NCBI GenBank assembly: GCA_005889405.1
Contig: VBFY01000068.1
Span: 440-64,439 of the forward strand
Direction of reading: 5' to 3'
DNA: 64,000 nt
Source of the DNA: Chloroflexota bacterium
Lineage (GTDB): Bacteria > Chloroflexota > Limnocylindria > P2-11E
Position numbers and translations under genes: made by a program. The notes under the pieces were generated by a model. It was not told the origin of the DNA and did not search any database. It was given only the letters and a program-made list of their open reading frames with translations. Position 1 is the stretch's first letter. Every line of letters begins with the position of its first letter. Shown piece by piece: positions 1 to 10,602 of this stretch.

Positions 1-2
1 GT

Positions 3-695
3 AGGGCGACGGCCGTGCGGCTTGCGAGCGACGGCGCGAAGATCGCGATCAATTACAAGGGCAACGCTGAAGCGGCCGCCGAAGCGCAGCGTTTGGTACA
101 GCAGGCGGGATCGACCGCGAACCTCATCCAGGGCGACGTTTCCGTCGACGCCGACGCCGAGCGCGTTGTGAAAGAGGCGCTGGCGTTCGGCGACGGCAGG
201 CTGGACATCCTGGTGAACAACGCGGGCATCACGCGCGACAACTTGCTGATCCGCATGAGCGCCGAGGAGTGGGACGCCGTGCTCGACCTGAACCTGCGCG
301 GTGCCTTCCTGGTCACCAAGGCGGCAATGCGCCCGATGATGAAGCAGCGTGGCGGCCGCATCGTGAACGTGTCGTCAGTGGCTGGCGTCGCGGGCAACGC
401 TGGGCAGGCGAACTACGCGTCGGCGAAGGCCGGCCTCATCGGCTTCACCAAGACCGTCGCCCGCGAGATGGCGACCCGCAACATCACGTGCAACGCCGTC
501 GCCCCCGGGTTCGTCGACACCGACCTCACCCATGAGCTGCTCCAGCAGATGGAGAAGACGATCTTGCCGCAAATCCCACTCGGCCGGTTCGGCCGGGTCG
601 AGGACGTCGCGAACGCGATCGCCTTCCTCGCATCCGATGAAGCCGCGTACATCACCGGTCAGGTCATCGTGGTCGACGGCGGGATGGTCACCTAG
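3..695 (+). CDS. fabG: 3-oxoacyl-ACP reductase (SDR), 5'-truncated by window edge
   Basis: NNAGITRD, YASAK (YxxxK), VAPGF and GQVIVVDGG motifs; frame open to the window start (RATAVRLA). Confidence 0.92.
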   Translation, partial: RATAVRLASDGAKIAINYKGNAEAAAEAQRLVQQAGSTANLIQGDVSVDADAERVVKEALAFGDGRLDILVNNAGITRDNLLIRMSAEEWDAVLDLNLRGAFLVTKAAMRPMMKQRGGRIVNVSSVAGVAGNAGQANYASAKAGLIGFTKTVAREMATRNITCNAVAPGFVDTDLTHELLQQMEKTILPQIPLGRFGRVEDVANAIAFLASDEAAYITGQVIVVDGGMVT

Positions 696-729
696 CGACG
701 CCGGGATGTTTCCCGCCTAGGATTTCATC

Positions 730-1214
730 ATGTCCCCTCGTCGTCTCGCGCTCGTCATGGGCATCGCCGTCCTCGTCTTCGCCCTCGATCGCATCACGAA
801 GATCTGGGTCGAGGAGAACATCCCGCTGTACGAGGGCCGGCAAGTCGTGGGCGACTACGTGCGTATCGTTCACACGCAGAACACCGGTGCCGCCTTTGGC
901 CTCCTGCCCGAGCGCACCACGCTCCTCTCGGTGCTGTCCGTGCTCGCGGTGCTCGCGATCGTTTATTACTACCGGCAGTTCGCGAACTCGTCGCCGCTCG
1001 TCACGGTCACGCTCGGCATGCAGCTCGGCGGCGCGTTCGGGAACCTACTGGACCGTGTCACGCAGGGCTACGTGGTGGACTTCGTCGATGTCGGCATCCC
1101 GAACGGCATCCGCTTCTGGGCTTTCAACGTGGCGGATTCGTCCATCGTGCTGGGCATTCTCTGCGTCACCCTGCTGCTCTGGCAGGAGGAGCGGAAAACG
1201 GCCGCGCGAGCGGC

Positions 1215-1218
<4 letters not shown>
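730..1218 (+). CDS. lspA: Lipoprotein signal peptidase II
   Basis: NTGAAFG, GAFGNLLDR, VVDF, FNVADS motifs; hydrophobic segments; TAGGAT at 718-723, 6 nt before the ATG. Confidence 0.95.
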
Positions 1219-2158
<940 letters not shown>

Positions 2159-2162
<4 letters not shown>

Positions 2163-2761
2163 GCGTCGACGGCAAAGGCCTGCTGGTGATCATCTCGGCG
2201 CCGTCGGGCGCGGGGAAGGACACCGTCATCGACCGGCTCGTACAGATGCAGAAGCTGGACGATGCCGTCGTGTATGTCACCGCGACGAGCCGTAAGCCGC
2301 GACCCGGTGAGGCCGATGGCGTGCGGTACTACTTCTACTCGCCCGAGAAGTTCCGCCAGGAGATCGAGGCGGGCAACTTCTTCGAGTGGTCGATCGTCCA
2401 CGGCGAGTTCAAAGGAGTGCGGCGCGACATCCTCGGTGACACGCTGCGCAACCACAAGATCGTGATCGTCAAGCCCGATCCGCAAGGTATGCGGAAGATC
2501 AAATCGCAGCTGCCGGAGGCGCTGACCATCTTCATCATGCCGCCGTCGATCGAAGCGCTGCAGCGTCGCCTCGAGCATCGGGGCACCGAGACGCCGGAGC
2601 AGCGTGCCGTGCGTCTGCGGAACGCCGAGATCGAGATGGCGGCGACGCCGGAGTATGACTATGTCGTCGTGAACGAGGACGGCAAGATCGACGAGACCGC
2701 CGATCAGATCGCCGAGATCATAAGAAAGGAGGCGAAGCGGCCCCGTCACTACGACCTCTGA
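2159..2761 (+). CDS. gmk: Guanylate kinase
   Basis: P-loop APSGAGKDT, TSRKPRPGEADG.RYYF, YDYVVVNED. Confidence 0.93.
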
Positions 2762-2816
2762 CGGCGCGCCGGCAGAGGTCGCCGGAGTTGAGCGACGCGC
2801 TACGGAGGTACGACGT

Positions 2817-5012
2817 GTGACCGCGGGAACCGCTGAGGTCGCGGTCTTCGCAGGCGTTCGCGGACCCGCGCGCACCTTCACCTACTCCGTGCCCGAGGGC
2901 CTCGCGCTCGAGCCGGGCCATCTCGTTCGCGTGGGCTTCGGCCCGCGCTCTGTCGCGGGCGTCGTCGTGCGTCTCGACGCGCCGTACCGGGGGACCCTCC
3001 GTGCGATCGACGCGCTCGTGCATCCGTTGCCGCTGCTGCGCGGGCATCAGCTCGCGCTCGCGGCCTGGATCGCGACCGAATACCGCTGCGGCATCGCCGA
3101 CGCCGTCCGCGCGATGCTTCCTCCGGCGCTCGCGGGTCGCGCGCGCGCCGGTCTGCCGACCGCGCGCGGTGATCGGCGCGAGCCGGTGTTCGCGCTGACG
3201 CCCGCCGGTCGGGACGCGCTCTCGGGCTCCGTACGCCTCGGCGCGCGGCAGCTCGCGACGCTGCGCGCCCTCGCCGCGGGCGCGGTGAGTTCCGCGGATC
3301 TCGCCGAGGCGGGCGGCGCGTCGGTCGCGGCGCGCGCGCTCGCCAGACGCGGTCTGGCCCTCGAGGGCGCACGGAGCGTGCGCCGCATCCCGCGCGAGTT
3401 CGCGCTCGGCGAGGACGATGCCGTGCGCGACGCGACCGCTACGGCCGGACAGGCCGACGCGCTCGAGACGATCATCGCGAGCCTGGGCACCAGCGCGCCG
3501 TTCCTGCTGCATGGCGTGACCGCGAGCGGGAAGACGGAGGTGTATCTCCGCGCCGCGACGCGCGCGCTCGCGATGGGGTACGGCGTCATCGTCCTGGTCC
3601 CGGAGATCGCGCTCACCGCCCAGGTCGTTGCGCGTTTCGTGGCGCGCTTCGGCGAACGCGTTGCGCTCCTGCATTCCGCGCTATCGGCCGGCGAGCGGTA
3701 CGACGAATGGCGTCGCGTGCTCGACGGGACGGCCGACGTCGTCATCGGATCGCGCTCGGCGCTGTTCGCGCCGCTGGAGCGGCCGGGCCTTGTGATCGTC
3801 GACGAGGAGCAGGAGCCCTCCTTTAAACAGGAGAGCGCGCCGCGGTACCACGCCGTCGACACGGCACTCGCTCTCGGGCGCATCGCCGGAGCGGTCGTGA
3901 TCCTCGGCAGTGCGACGCCGCGTGTCACGACGTATCACGCGACGACGATCGGAGCGCTGCGACTCCTCCGCCTGCCGGAGCGGGTGAGCGATCTCGCGAT
4001 GCCGCCGACGACGATCGTCGACCTCCGCCTCGAGCTGAAGGCCGGAAACCGAGGAACGCTGTCACGGGCGCTCCGCCTCGCGCTCGAGCGGACCGTCGCG
4101 AAGGGCGAGCAGGCGATCCTGTATCTCAACCGCCGCGGCTTCGCGACCGTCGTGCTCTGCCGCGACTGCGGCTACGTCGTGAATTGCCCCGCGTGCGATA
4201 TCCCGTTCGCGTACCACGCCGATGGGACGCTGCTGTGCCATCGCTGCGGCCGCCACGGCGTTCCGCCCGAGCGCTGCCCGAAGTGCGGGAGCGTGCGGAT
4301 CCGCCATCTGGGGGTGGGGACGCAGCGCGTCGAGGAGGAGGTGCGCGCGGTCGTTCCGAAGGCGGCGCTGCTGCGGCTCGACCGCGATGCGGTGCGCGCG
4401 AAGGGCTCGCACGCCGCGCTGTTCGAGCGGATGCGCTCGCGGCGCGCGCAGGTCATCGTCGGCACGCAGATGGTCGCGAAAGGATTCGACCTGCCCGGCG
4501 TGTCGCTCGTCGGGGTCGTGAACGCGGACACCGTGCTCAGCCTTCCGGATTTCTCGTCGGCCGAGCGGACCTTCCAGCTGCTTACGCAGGTGCTGGGTCG
4601 ATCGGGCCGCGGGCCCGCAGGAGGTCGTGGGATCGTGCAGACCTATCTGCCCGATCACTACGCCGTCCGCGCCGCGGCCGCGCACGACTACGCGGCGTTC
4701 GCCGTCGCGGAGCTCGAGGGCCGCCGGCGGTTCGGTTACCCACCTTTCGCAAAGCTGGTGCTGCTTCAGACCCAGGCGAAGCGCCCCGAGACGGTCGAGC
4801 GGCGCGCCGATTCATACGCGACGGCGCTCCGTGCCGACGCCGCGGGTGACGCCGAGGTGCTCGGACCGGCACCCGCGTTCGCCGCGAAGCGTGCCGGATC
4901 TTTTCGCATGCAGCTCGTGCTCCGCGGCGCGCGACCACAGGCGCTGCTCGACCGCATTCCCCCGTCGGCGGAGTGGACGGTCGACGTAGACCCGGTGACA
5001 CTGCTCGGGTGA
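2817..5012 (+). CDS. priA: Primosomal protein N' (replication restart helicase)
   Basis: HGVTASGKTEVY, four CxxC Zn pairs, GTQMVAKGFD, QVLGRSGR; GGAGG at 2803-2807. Confidence 0.95.
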   Translation: MTAGTAEVAVFAGVRGPARTFTYSVPEGLALEPGHLVRVGFGPRSVAGVVVRLDAPYRGTLRAIDALVHPLPLLRGHQLALAAWIATEYRCGIADAVRAMLPPALAGRARAGLPTARGDRREPVFALTPAGRDALSGSVRLGARQLATLRALAAGAVSSADLAEAGGASVAARALARRGLALEGARSVRRIPREFALGEDDAVRDATATAGQADALETIIASLGTSAPFLLHGVTASGKTEVYLRAATRALAMGYGVIVLVPEIALTAQVVARFVARFGERVALLHSALSAGERYDEWRRVLDGTADVVIGSRSALFAPLERPGLVIVDEEQEPSFKQESAPRYHAVDTALALGRIAGAVVILGSATPRVTTYHATTIGALRLLRLPERVSDLAMPPTTIVDLRLELKAGNRGTLSRALRLALERTVAKGEQAILYLNRRGFATVVLCRDCGYVVNCPACDIPFAYHADGTLLCHRCGRHGVPPERCPKCGSVRIRHLGVGTQRVEEEVRAVVPKAALLRLDRDAVRAKGSHAALFERMRSRRAQVIVGTQMVAKGFDLPGVSLVGVVNADTVLSLPDFSSAERTFQLLTQVLGRSGRGPAGGRGIVQTYLPDHYAVRAAAAHDYAAFAVAELEGRRRFGYPPFAKLVLLQTQAKRPETVERRADSYATALRADAAGDAEVLGPAPAFAAKRAGSFRMQLVLRGARPQALLDRIPPSAEWTVDVDPVTLLG

Positions 5013-5641
5013 ACGAGAGCCTCCCCGAGGACGAGCCCCAGCCGCCGCGTCTGCGCATCGCGAAGGGGTCGCCGTGGCGGATAGATCCGGGTCGGCGCGC
5101 GAAGTGGTCCGCGCCCGCGTTCGTCGCCGCGCACGCGGTCGAGGTCCGGCAGATTGGCGATCCGGTGCTGCACGCGCCCGCGAAGAAGCCGCGGATGCAC
5201 AAGGGCGATCTCGAGGTCCTCGCGCAGCGGATGTTCGCGTCGATGGTCGCGGCGCGGGGGATCGGCGTCGCGGCGCCGCAGATCGGCGTCCCGCTTCGCG
5301 TCGCGATCATGGATGTGGATGAGGCGGGCATCGTCGCGATCGAGCCGAAGATCGAGTGGGTGAGCGACGAGGTCGAAGAGACGAGCGAGGGCTGCCTCTC
5401 CGTACGCGGGATGTATGGAATGCTCGAGCGCCCGGTCATGGCGCGACTCGTAGCCTTCGACATCAACGGAAAGAAGTTCGTTGTCGAGGGCGAGGATTTC
5501 GGCGCGCAGTGCATGCTCCACGAGACCGATCACCTGAGCGGCGTCCTCTACGTGGACCGCCTGCGATCGCGTGACGATCTGCATTCGGTCGAGGTCGACG
5601 AGCCGGCCGACGCCGGCGCGGAAGAGCGGCTGCGGTCCTGA
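5009..5641 (+). CDS. def: Peptide deformylase with about 45-aa N-terminal extension
   Basis: GIGVAAPQIG, EGCLS, HETDHL; GTG start overlaps the priA stop (GTGA). Confidence 0.92.
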   Translation: MNESLPEDEPQPPRLRIAKGSPWRIDPGRRAKWSAPAFVAAHAVEVRQIGDPVLHAPAKKPRMHKGDLEVLAQRMFASMVAARGIGVAAPQIGVPLRVAIMDVDEAGIVAIEPKIEWVSDEVEETSEGCLSVRGMYGMLERPVMARLVAFDINGKKFVVEGEDFGAQCMLHETDHLSGVLYVDRLRSRDDLHSVEVDEPADAGAEERLRS

Positions 5642-6576
5642 AACCGCGCATCGTGTTCCTCGGGACGCCGGCCTTCGCCATACCGTCTCTCGAGGCCGTC
5701 GACCGGCTGTGCGACCGTGGCGCCGTCGAGCTCGTCGCCGTCATCACCCAGCCCGACCGGCCCGGGGACCGCGGCACGCTCAGCGTTCCCGCGGTGAAGG
5801 CCCGCGCGTTCGCCTTCGGCGTGCCGGTACTGCAGCCGGCCCGCATCGACGAGGCCGCGCTCGTCGAGATCGCCGCGCTGCGACCGGAGCTACTCGTGTG
5901 GGCCGCCTACGGCAATCGCATCCCGCGCGCCCTGCTCGAGTCGGTGAAAGGGCGCGCGGTGAATGTTCATGCTTCGTTGCTGCCGCGCTGGCGCGGCGCC
6001 GCGCCGATCGCCCACGCGATCCTCGCCGGCGACGCCGAGACCGGAGTCACCCTGATGGAGGGCACGGCCGCGCTCGACGCGGGCCCGATCCTCGCGCAGG
6101 AGCGGACCCCGCTCGGCGAGGCGGAGTCCGCCGGCGATCTCACACGCCGATTGGCACTGCTGGGAGCCGGCCTGCTCGAGCGCGAGCTGCCGCGCTATGT
6201 CGCCGGTGAGCTGAGTGGCGCGCCGCAGGACGCGTCGCTGGCGACCGTGGCGCCGAAGCTGACGTCGCGCGACGGCGAGCTCGACTTCGCGCGGCCGGCC
6301 GATGAGCTCGCGCGACGGGTGCGCGCGCTCACGCCCGAGCCCGGCGCGTGGACGAGCTTTCGCGGTGACCGTCTCGTCGTTGCCGGGGCGACCGTGTCCG
6401 GCGGCACGCCGAAGGAGCACGGCGCACTCGAGATCCACGACGGGTGGCCCGAGGTCGCGGCGGGCGCGGGCTGGCTCCGTCTCGAGCTGGTGCGTCCCGC
6501 GGGGAAACGGACGATGACCGGCGAGGACTGGGCGCGCGGGCTGCGCGGGATCGTCAGAGCGCGCCTGCCCTCCTGA
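5638..6576 (+). CDS. fmt: Methionyl-tRNA formyltransferase (CTG start at 5638 proposed; first canonical GTG is 5653)
   Basis: RIVFLGTP, VITQPDRP, NVHASLLPRWRGAAPI, LDAGPI; follows def. Confidence 0.92.
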   Translation: MKPRIVFLGTPAFAIPSLEAVDRLCDRGAVELVAVITQPDRPGDRGTLSVPAVKARAFAFGVPVLQPARIDEAALVEIAALRPELLVWAAYGNRIPRALLESVKGRAVNVHASLLPRWRGAAPIAHAILAGDAETGVTLMEGTAALDAGPILAQERTPLGEAESAGDLTRRLALLGAGLLERELPRYVAGELSGAPQDASLATVAPKLTSRDGELDFARPADELARRVRALTPEPGAWTSFRGDRLVVAGATVSGGTPKEHGALEIHDGWPEVAAGAGWLRLELVRPAGKRTMTGEDWARGLRGIVRARLPS

Positions 6577-6580
6577 AGCG

Positions 6581-6994
6581 TTACCGATTCATGCCGTTGA
6601 TCGGGTACGAGCCATCGCTGAAGGGGCGGCTCTCGAACGACAGCGTGAATACGTCGCCGGGCTTGAGTCCGAAGCGTCCGATCGCCCCGGGGTCGCCCTG
6701 TGGTGCGCTCGCGAATGTCGTGCGGCTCGTCGCGCGGAGGACGATCTCCTTGTTCGTGAACGCTGTGAGCGTGCCACCGCCGCCCGCGATCCAGACGCGA
6801 ACGGTGCATGTGCTGGTGACCTGCAGCACGGTGGCGGCCGTCTTGAGGTGTCCGATCTCCGCGCCAACGTTCAGCGGCGGTGGGTCGAAGGACTGGCACG
6901 GCGGGAGCGTGGCGCTCGTCTGACCACTGGTCGCCGTCGTGCCGCAGGCAGATAGACCGACCGCGAGAAGCGCAGCCAGGATCCGGCGACCCAC
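6581..6994 (-). CDS. Hypothetical lipoprotein, 137 aa
   Basis: From GTG 6994: MGRRILAALLAVGLSA-C lipobox, then Thr/Ser linker and a beta-rich domain; fills the fmt-rlmN gap. Confidence 0.65.
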   Translation of the reverse strand: MGRRILAALLAVGLSACGTTATSGQTSATLPPCQSFDPPPLNVGAEIGHLKTAATVLQVTSTCTVRVWIAGGGGTLTAFTNKEIVLRATSRTTFASAPQGDPGAIGRFGLKPGDVFTLSFESRPFSDGSYPINGMNR

Positions 6995-7052
6995 GTTATA
7001 GCTACAGCGGCGCCGGGGCCGCGGTTCCCGCTGCGACCGGTAGGCTCGTGAG

Positions 7053-8129
7053 GTGAAGGCCGCGCATCCAGCGATCAGCGATGTCACCGAGCGCACGCTC
7101 GTCGCGTGGTTGCGCGATCGCCAGGAACCCGTCTATCGCGCGCGCCAGATCCGGCGGCATATCGCGCGCGGGACCGAGGCGAGCTGGGATGAGCTGACCG
7201 ACCTGCCCAAAGCCCTGCGCGACCTGCTCGCGCGGTCGTTCCGCTTCAGCGCCGTCGAGCCCGAGACCGAGATCGCGAGCGCGGACGGCGAGACGCGCAA
7301 GGCGCTCTTGCGGCTGCACGACGGTCATCACATCGAGTCGGTGCTCATGCCGCACCACGGCGCACGCAACGCGGTGTGCTTCTCAACGCAGGCTGGCTGT
7401 CCGATGGCCTGCGCGTTCTGCGCGACGGGCGAGATGGGACTGGTGCGTAATCTCACCGTCGGGGAGATCGTCGATCAGGTCCGGCACTGGCAGCGCGAGC
7501 TCGTGGCGCGCGGCGAGCGTGTGTCGCACGTCGTCGCGATGGGGATGGGGGAGCCGCTCGCGAACTTCGACGCGACCGTCGCCGCGGTCCGGATGCTCAT
7601 CGACCCGCAGCTCTTCGGCATCAGCCCGCGGCGCGTGACGATCTCGACCGTCGGTGTCGTCCCGCAGATGGACCAGCTGGCCGCGCTCGATCTGCCGATG
7701 AATCTCGCGGTGTCGCTGCATGCGCCGAACGACGCGATCCGTGGCGCGATCGTGCCGCTGAACAAGCGCTGGAACACCGAGGAGGTGCTCGCGGCGTCCG
7801 CGCGGTACGTCACGCGAACGAAGCGCCGCGTGACGTTCGAATACGTGCTGCTCGCCGGAGTGAACGACGCGGAGAAACACGCGACGGAGCTCGCCGAGCG
7901 CATCGAGAACCTGGGCCGGACCTCCGACTACCACGTGAACCTCATCCCTGTGAACAAGGGCCCCGGTGGTTTCGCGCGTCCGTCCGAACAGCGGATGGAG
8001 CGCTTCGCGGAGATCCTTCAGCAGCACAACATCGCCGCGACGCTGCGGATCAGCAAAGGACAGGACATCGCGGCGGGGTGCGGTCAGTTGAAAGTGCCCG
8101 AGGGAAAAGCGGGGATCGCGGCGGTCTAG
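7053..8129 (+). CDS. rlmN: Dual-specificity radical SAM RNA methyltransferase
   Basis: CPMACAFC (CxxxCxxC), MGMGEP, SLHAPND, AAGCGQL. Confidence 0.95.
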   Translation: MKAAHPAISDVTERTLVAWLRDRQEPVYRARQIRRHIARGTEASWDELTDLPKALRDLLARSFRFSAVEPETEIASADGETRKALLRLHDGHHIESVLMPHHGARNAVCFSTQAGCPMACAFCATGEMGLVRNLTVGEIVDQVRHWQRELVARGERVSHVVAMGMGEPLANFDATVAAVRMLIDPQLFGISPRRVTISTVGVVPQMDQLAALDLPMNLAVSLHAPNDAIRGAIVPLNKRWNTEEVLAASARYVTRTKRRVTFEYVLLAGVNDAEKHATELAERIENLGRTSDYHVNLIPVNKGPGGFARPSEQRMERFAEILQQHNIAATLRISKGQDIAAGCGQLKVPEGKAGIAAV

Positions 8130-8335
8130 CGGACCTTCGCTTTGTCGCGTTTCTTGGCCATGCGCGCGTCCTTCGTCTGATTTCGGCGGCAGCGCGTGCA
8201 GATGAGCAGCTTCTCGCCGGCGACCATCGAGACATGCAGGTTCGCGTCGAAACGACGCTTCGTGTGCACCTTCGAGTGGCTCACGGCCGATCCGAACGCA
8301 GCGGTCTTCCCGCAGATCGCGCAGGCGCGTGGCAT
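8126..8335 (-). CDS. rpmB: 50S ribosomal protein L28 (Zn-ribbon form)
   Basis: MPRACAICGK...VSHSKVHTKRRFDANL...ICTRC; GAGGAG 9 nt upstream of ATG 8335. Confidence 0.92.
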   Translation of the reverse strand: MPRACAICGKTAAFGSAVSHSKVHTKRRFDANLHVSMVAGEKLLICTRCRRNQTKDARMAKKRDKAKVR

Positions 8336-8387
8336 CAGCGGCATCTCCTCAGATGGGGGAATCAAGGTCAATGGTACTGTCGCGCGC

Positions 8388-9998
8388 ATCGCGACGCAAT
8401 GTGACGGAACGACTCTGTTGCGCGTCCTCGAAGCCGCCGCCGATCGTCTCGAGCGTGCGGTGGACGAAGTGAACGCGCTGAATGTGTATCCGGTCCCGGA
8501 CGGCGACACCGGAACGAACATGGTCCACACCGTCCACTCGGCGCTGAAGCACGCGCGCGCGGCGGAGCCGACCCTCGCCGCCGTGAGCGCGGCGGCGGCT
8601 CACGGCGCGCTCATGGGCGCGCGCGGCAACAGCGGCGTGATCCTGTCGCAGATCATCCGCGGCCTGAAGGACGCGCTCGCGAACGCGGATGATCTTGGCA
8701 ACCGCGAGCTGCGCGCAGCGCTCAATCTCGCTCGACGCCATGCGCACGACGCCGTGAGCGCGCCCGCGCCGGGCACGATCCTGACCGTGACCGTCGCCAT
8801 CGAGGATGCCGCGGCCAACGACTCGGGCGACCTCGCCGCGATGCTCCGCCGTGTCGTCGATGCCGGCGCCGAGGCGGTCACGCGCACGCGCGTCGAGAAC
8901 CCCGTGAACAAGGCCGCGGGCGTCGTGGACGCCGGCGCGAAGGGGCTCTGGTACCTGTTGGACGGTGCGCTCGCTGCGCTGGAAGATCGAAGTCCGAGCA
9001 TCTCGGCGGCGGCGACCCGCTCGCAGACCGCGCCCGCGCGAGTGATCGCAAGCGAGGTCTCGTCGTGGGCGGGCGCGTACGACGTGCAATTCCTGGTGGA
9101 ACATCCTTCGCGCCCGGTCGAGGATGTCCGCGCCGAAATGACCAAGTTCGGCGCCGACTGCGTGCTCGTCGTGGGCGACGAATCGGTGATGAAGGTCCAC
9201 GTCCACACGCTGCAGCCCGACAAGATCGTCGCGATCGGCATGACTGCGGGCCGCCTCGGCGACGTGGTCGTCGAGGATCTGGATGCCATGACGGCGCAGC
9301 ACGAGGCGGCCACGGGGATCGTCATCGAGCCTCCACGCCGCGAGGCCGCGGGCGCGGTCGGCGTCGTTGCGGTCGTGCCGGGCTCAGGCTTCGCGACGGT
9401 GGCGCGTTCGCTCGGTGCCACGCCGCTGCGCGGTGGCGCGACGATGAACCCATCGACCGAGGAGCTCCTCGGCGCGATCCGCGAGGCGAACGCGCGTCAC
9501 GTCGTGGTGTTGCCGAATGACAAGAACGTCATCCTCGCGGCGCAGTCCGCCGCGAGGCTCGCCGACGTCACGGTCACGGTGATCCCGACGCGCACGGTGG
9601 CGCAGGGCATGGCCGCGCTCGTCGCATTCGATACGACAAAGGACGCTGCGCAGGTCGCGGAAGAGATGCGCGAGGTCGCCGAGCGTGCCCATGGCATCGA
9701 GATCACGCGCGCGAGCCGTTCGACGACGGTCGACGGGCAGGAGGTCCGCGCGGGCGAGGCGATCGCACTGCTCGACGGTCGTGTCGTCGCGCACGGCGAT
9801 GACGAGGTGACGGTTCTGGTCGACGCGGCGAAGCGTCTCACGGAGGCCGAGCTGTTCACGCTGTACTCGGGAGCCGACGTGGACGCGTCGCGCGTCCAGC
9901 ACGCGGCGCAGCGGCTTCGCGCCGCGTGTCCCCGCGTCGAGGTCGAGGTGATCGATGGCGGTCAGCCGCATTACCCGTTCATCGTCGCGGCTGAATGA
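8388..9998 (+). CDS. DAK2-domain fatty acid kinase subunit (FakA/YloV-like); start uncertain
   Basis: NALNVYPVPDGDTGTNM, GARGNSGVILSQ, GVVDAGAKG, GGQPHYPFIVAAE; usual rpmB-DAK2-recG synteny. Confidence 0.9.
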   Translation: MATQCDGTTLLRVLEAAADRLERAVDEVNALNVYPVPDGDTGTNMVHTVHSALKHARAAEPTLAAVSAAAAHGALMGARGNSGVILSQIIRGLKDALANADDLGNRELRAALNLARRHAHDAVSAPAPGTILTVTVAIEDAAANDSGDLAAMLRRVVDAGAEAVTRTRVENPVNKAAGVVDAGAKGLWYLLDGALAALEDRSPSISAAATRSQTAPARVIASEVSSWAGAYDVQFLVEHPSRPVEDVRAEMTKFGADCVLVVGDESVMKVHVHTLQPDKIVAIGMTAGRLGDVVVEDLDAMTAQHEAATGIVIEPPRREAAGAVGVVAVVPGSGFATVARSLGATPLRGGATMNPSTEELLGAIREANARHVVVLPNDKNVILAAQSAARLADVTVTVIPTRTVAQGMAALVAFDTTKDAAQVAEEMREVAERAHGIEITRASRSTTVDGQEVRAGEAIALLDGRVVAHGDDEVTVLVDAAKRLTEAELFTLYSGADVDASRVQHAAQRLRAACPRVEVEVIDGGQPHYPFIVAAE

Positions 9999-10008
9999 TC
10001 CGTCGCGA

Positions 10009-10548
10009 CTAGCGCGCCGCAGACCGCCTTGCCGTCGTCTTCCGCTTCGCCGTCGTCTTCCGCTTCGCCGTCGTGGCCTTCTTCGGTGCCGCCTTGTCAC
10101 CCCAGCTCATGCCGTGTGCCTTCGCCCAGGCGTGCCACTCCGGAACGGGGTGACTGACTGTCCACAGGAAGTGGTAGGTCCCGCTGTCACCGACGAATTT
10201 GAAGCGCTTCTTCAGATCCGTCGCGAGCTCTTCATAGTCGTGGAACGAACGAAGGTGCTTGCGGAATCCGCCGTCGCGCTCGAGGTCGAGGATCGCGCGC
10301 GCGTTGTGTACGACGGCCGCGATCTTCGGCCGGCTGCGGATCACGCGCGGATCCGCCGCCAGCGCGTCGATCTCGCGGTCTCCCATTCGCGCGACGCGCT
10401 CGACCTGGAAACCGCGGAAGGCGGGCTTGATCGTCGACCACTTCGCGTCGACGACCCGCCAGCTGATCCCCGCCTGGAAGACGCTCTTGCTCAGCTGTTC
10501 GAGATAGTCGTCGATGCTCTTCGGTTTGATGCGCGGCGGCGCTTCCAC
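10009..10548 (-). CDS. DNA-3-methyladenine glycosylase I (Tag)-like protein with basic K/A/T-rich tail
   Basis: FQAGISW..V..KW...AF..F...VA and IRSRPKIAAVVHNA match the Tag helix-hairpin-helix core. Confidence 0.75.
   Translation of the reverse strand: MEAPPRIKPKSIDDYLEQLSKSVFQAGISWRVVDAKWSTIKPAFRGFQVERVARMGDREIDALAADPRVIRSRPKIAAVVHNARAILDLERDGGFRKHLRSFHDYEELATDLKKRFKFVGDSGTYHFLWTVSHPVPEWHAWAKAHGMSWGDKAAPKKATTAKRKTTAKRKTTARRSAAR
10031..10074. repeat. 18-nt tandem repeat (2 full copies plus 8 nt) coding TTAKRK units in the Tag-like tail
   Basis: gccgtcgtcttccgcttc at 10031 and 10049, partial copy at 10067. Confidence 0.9.
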
Positions 10549-10602
10549 GACGTCATGACTCTACGCGTTTTGCGACTTCGCTTTTGTTAGCCTCGGGAGC
10601 GA

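Noticed and set aside
2758-2820. Short frame between gmk and priA ending on the priA GTGA
   Set aside because: Every GTGA start yields such a stop; priA has its own SD and the peptide has no coding signature
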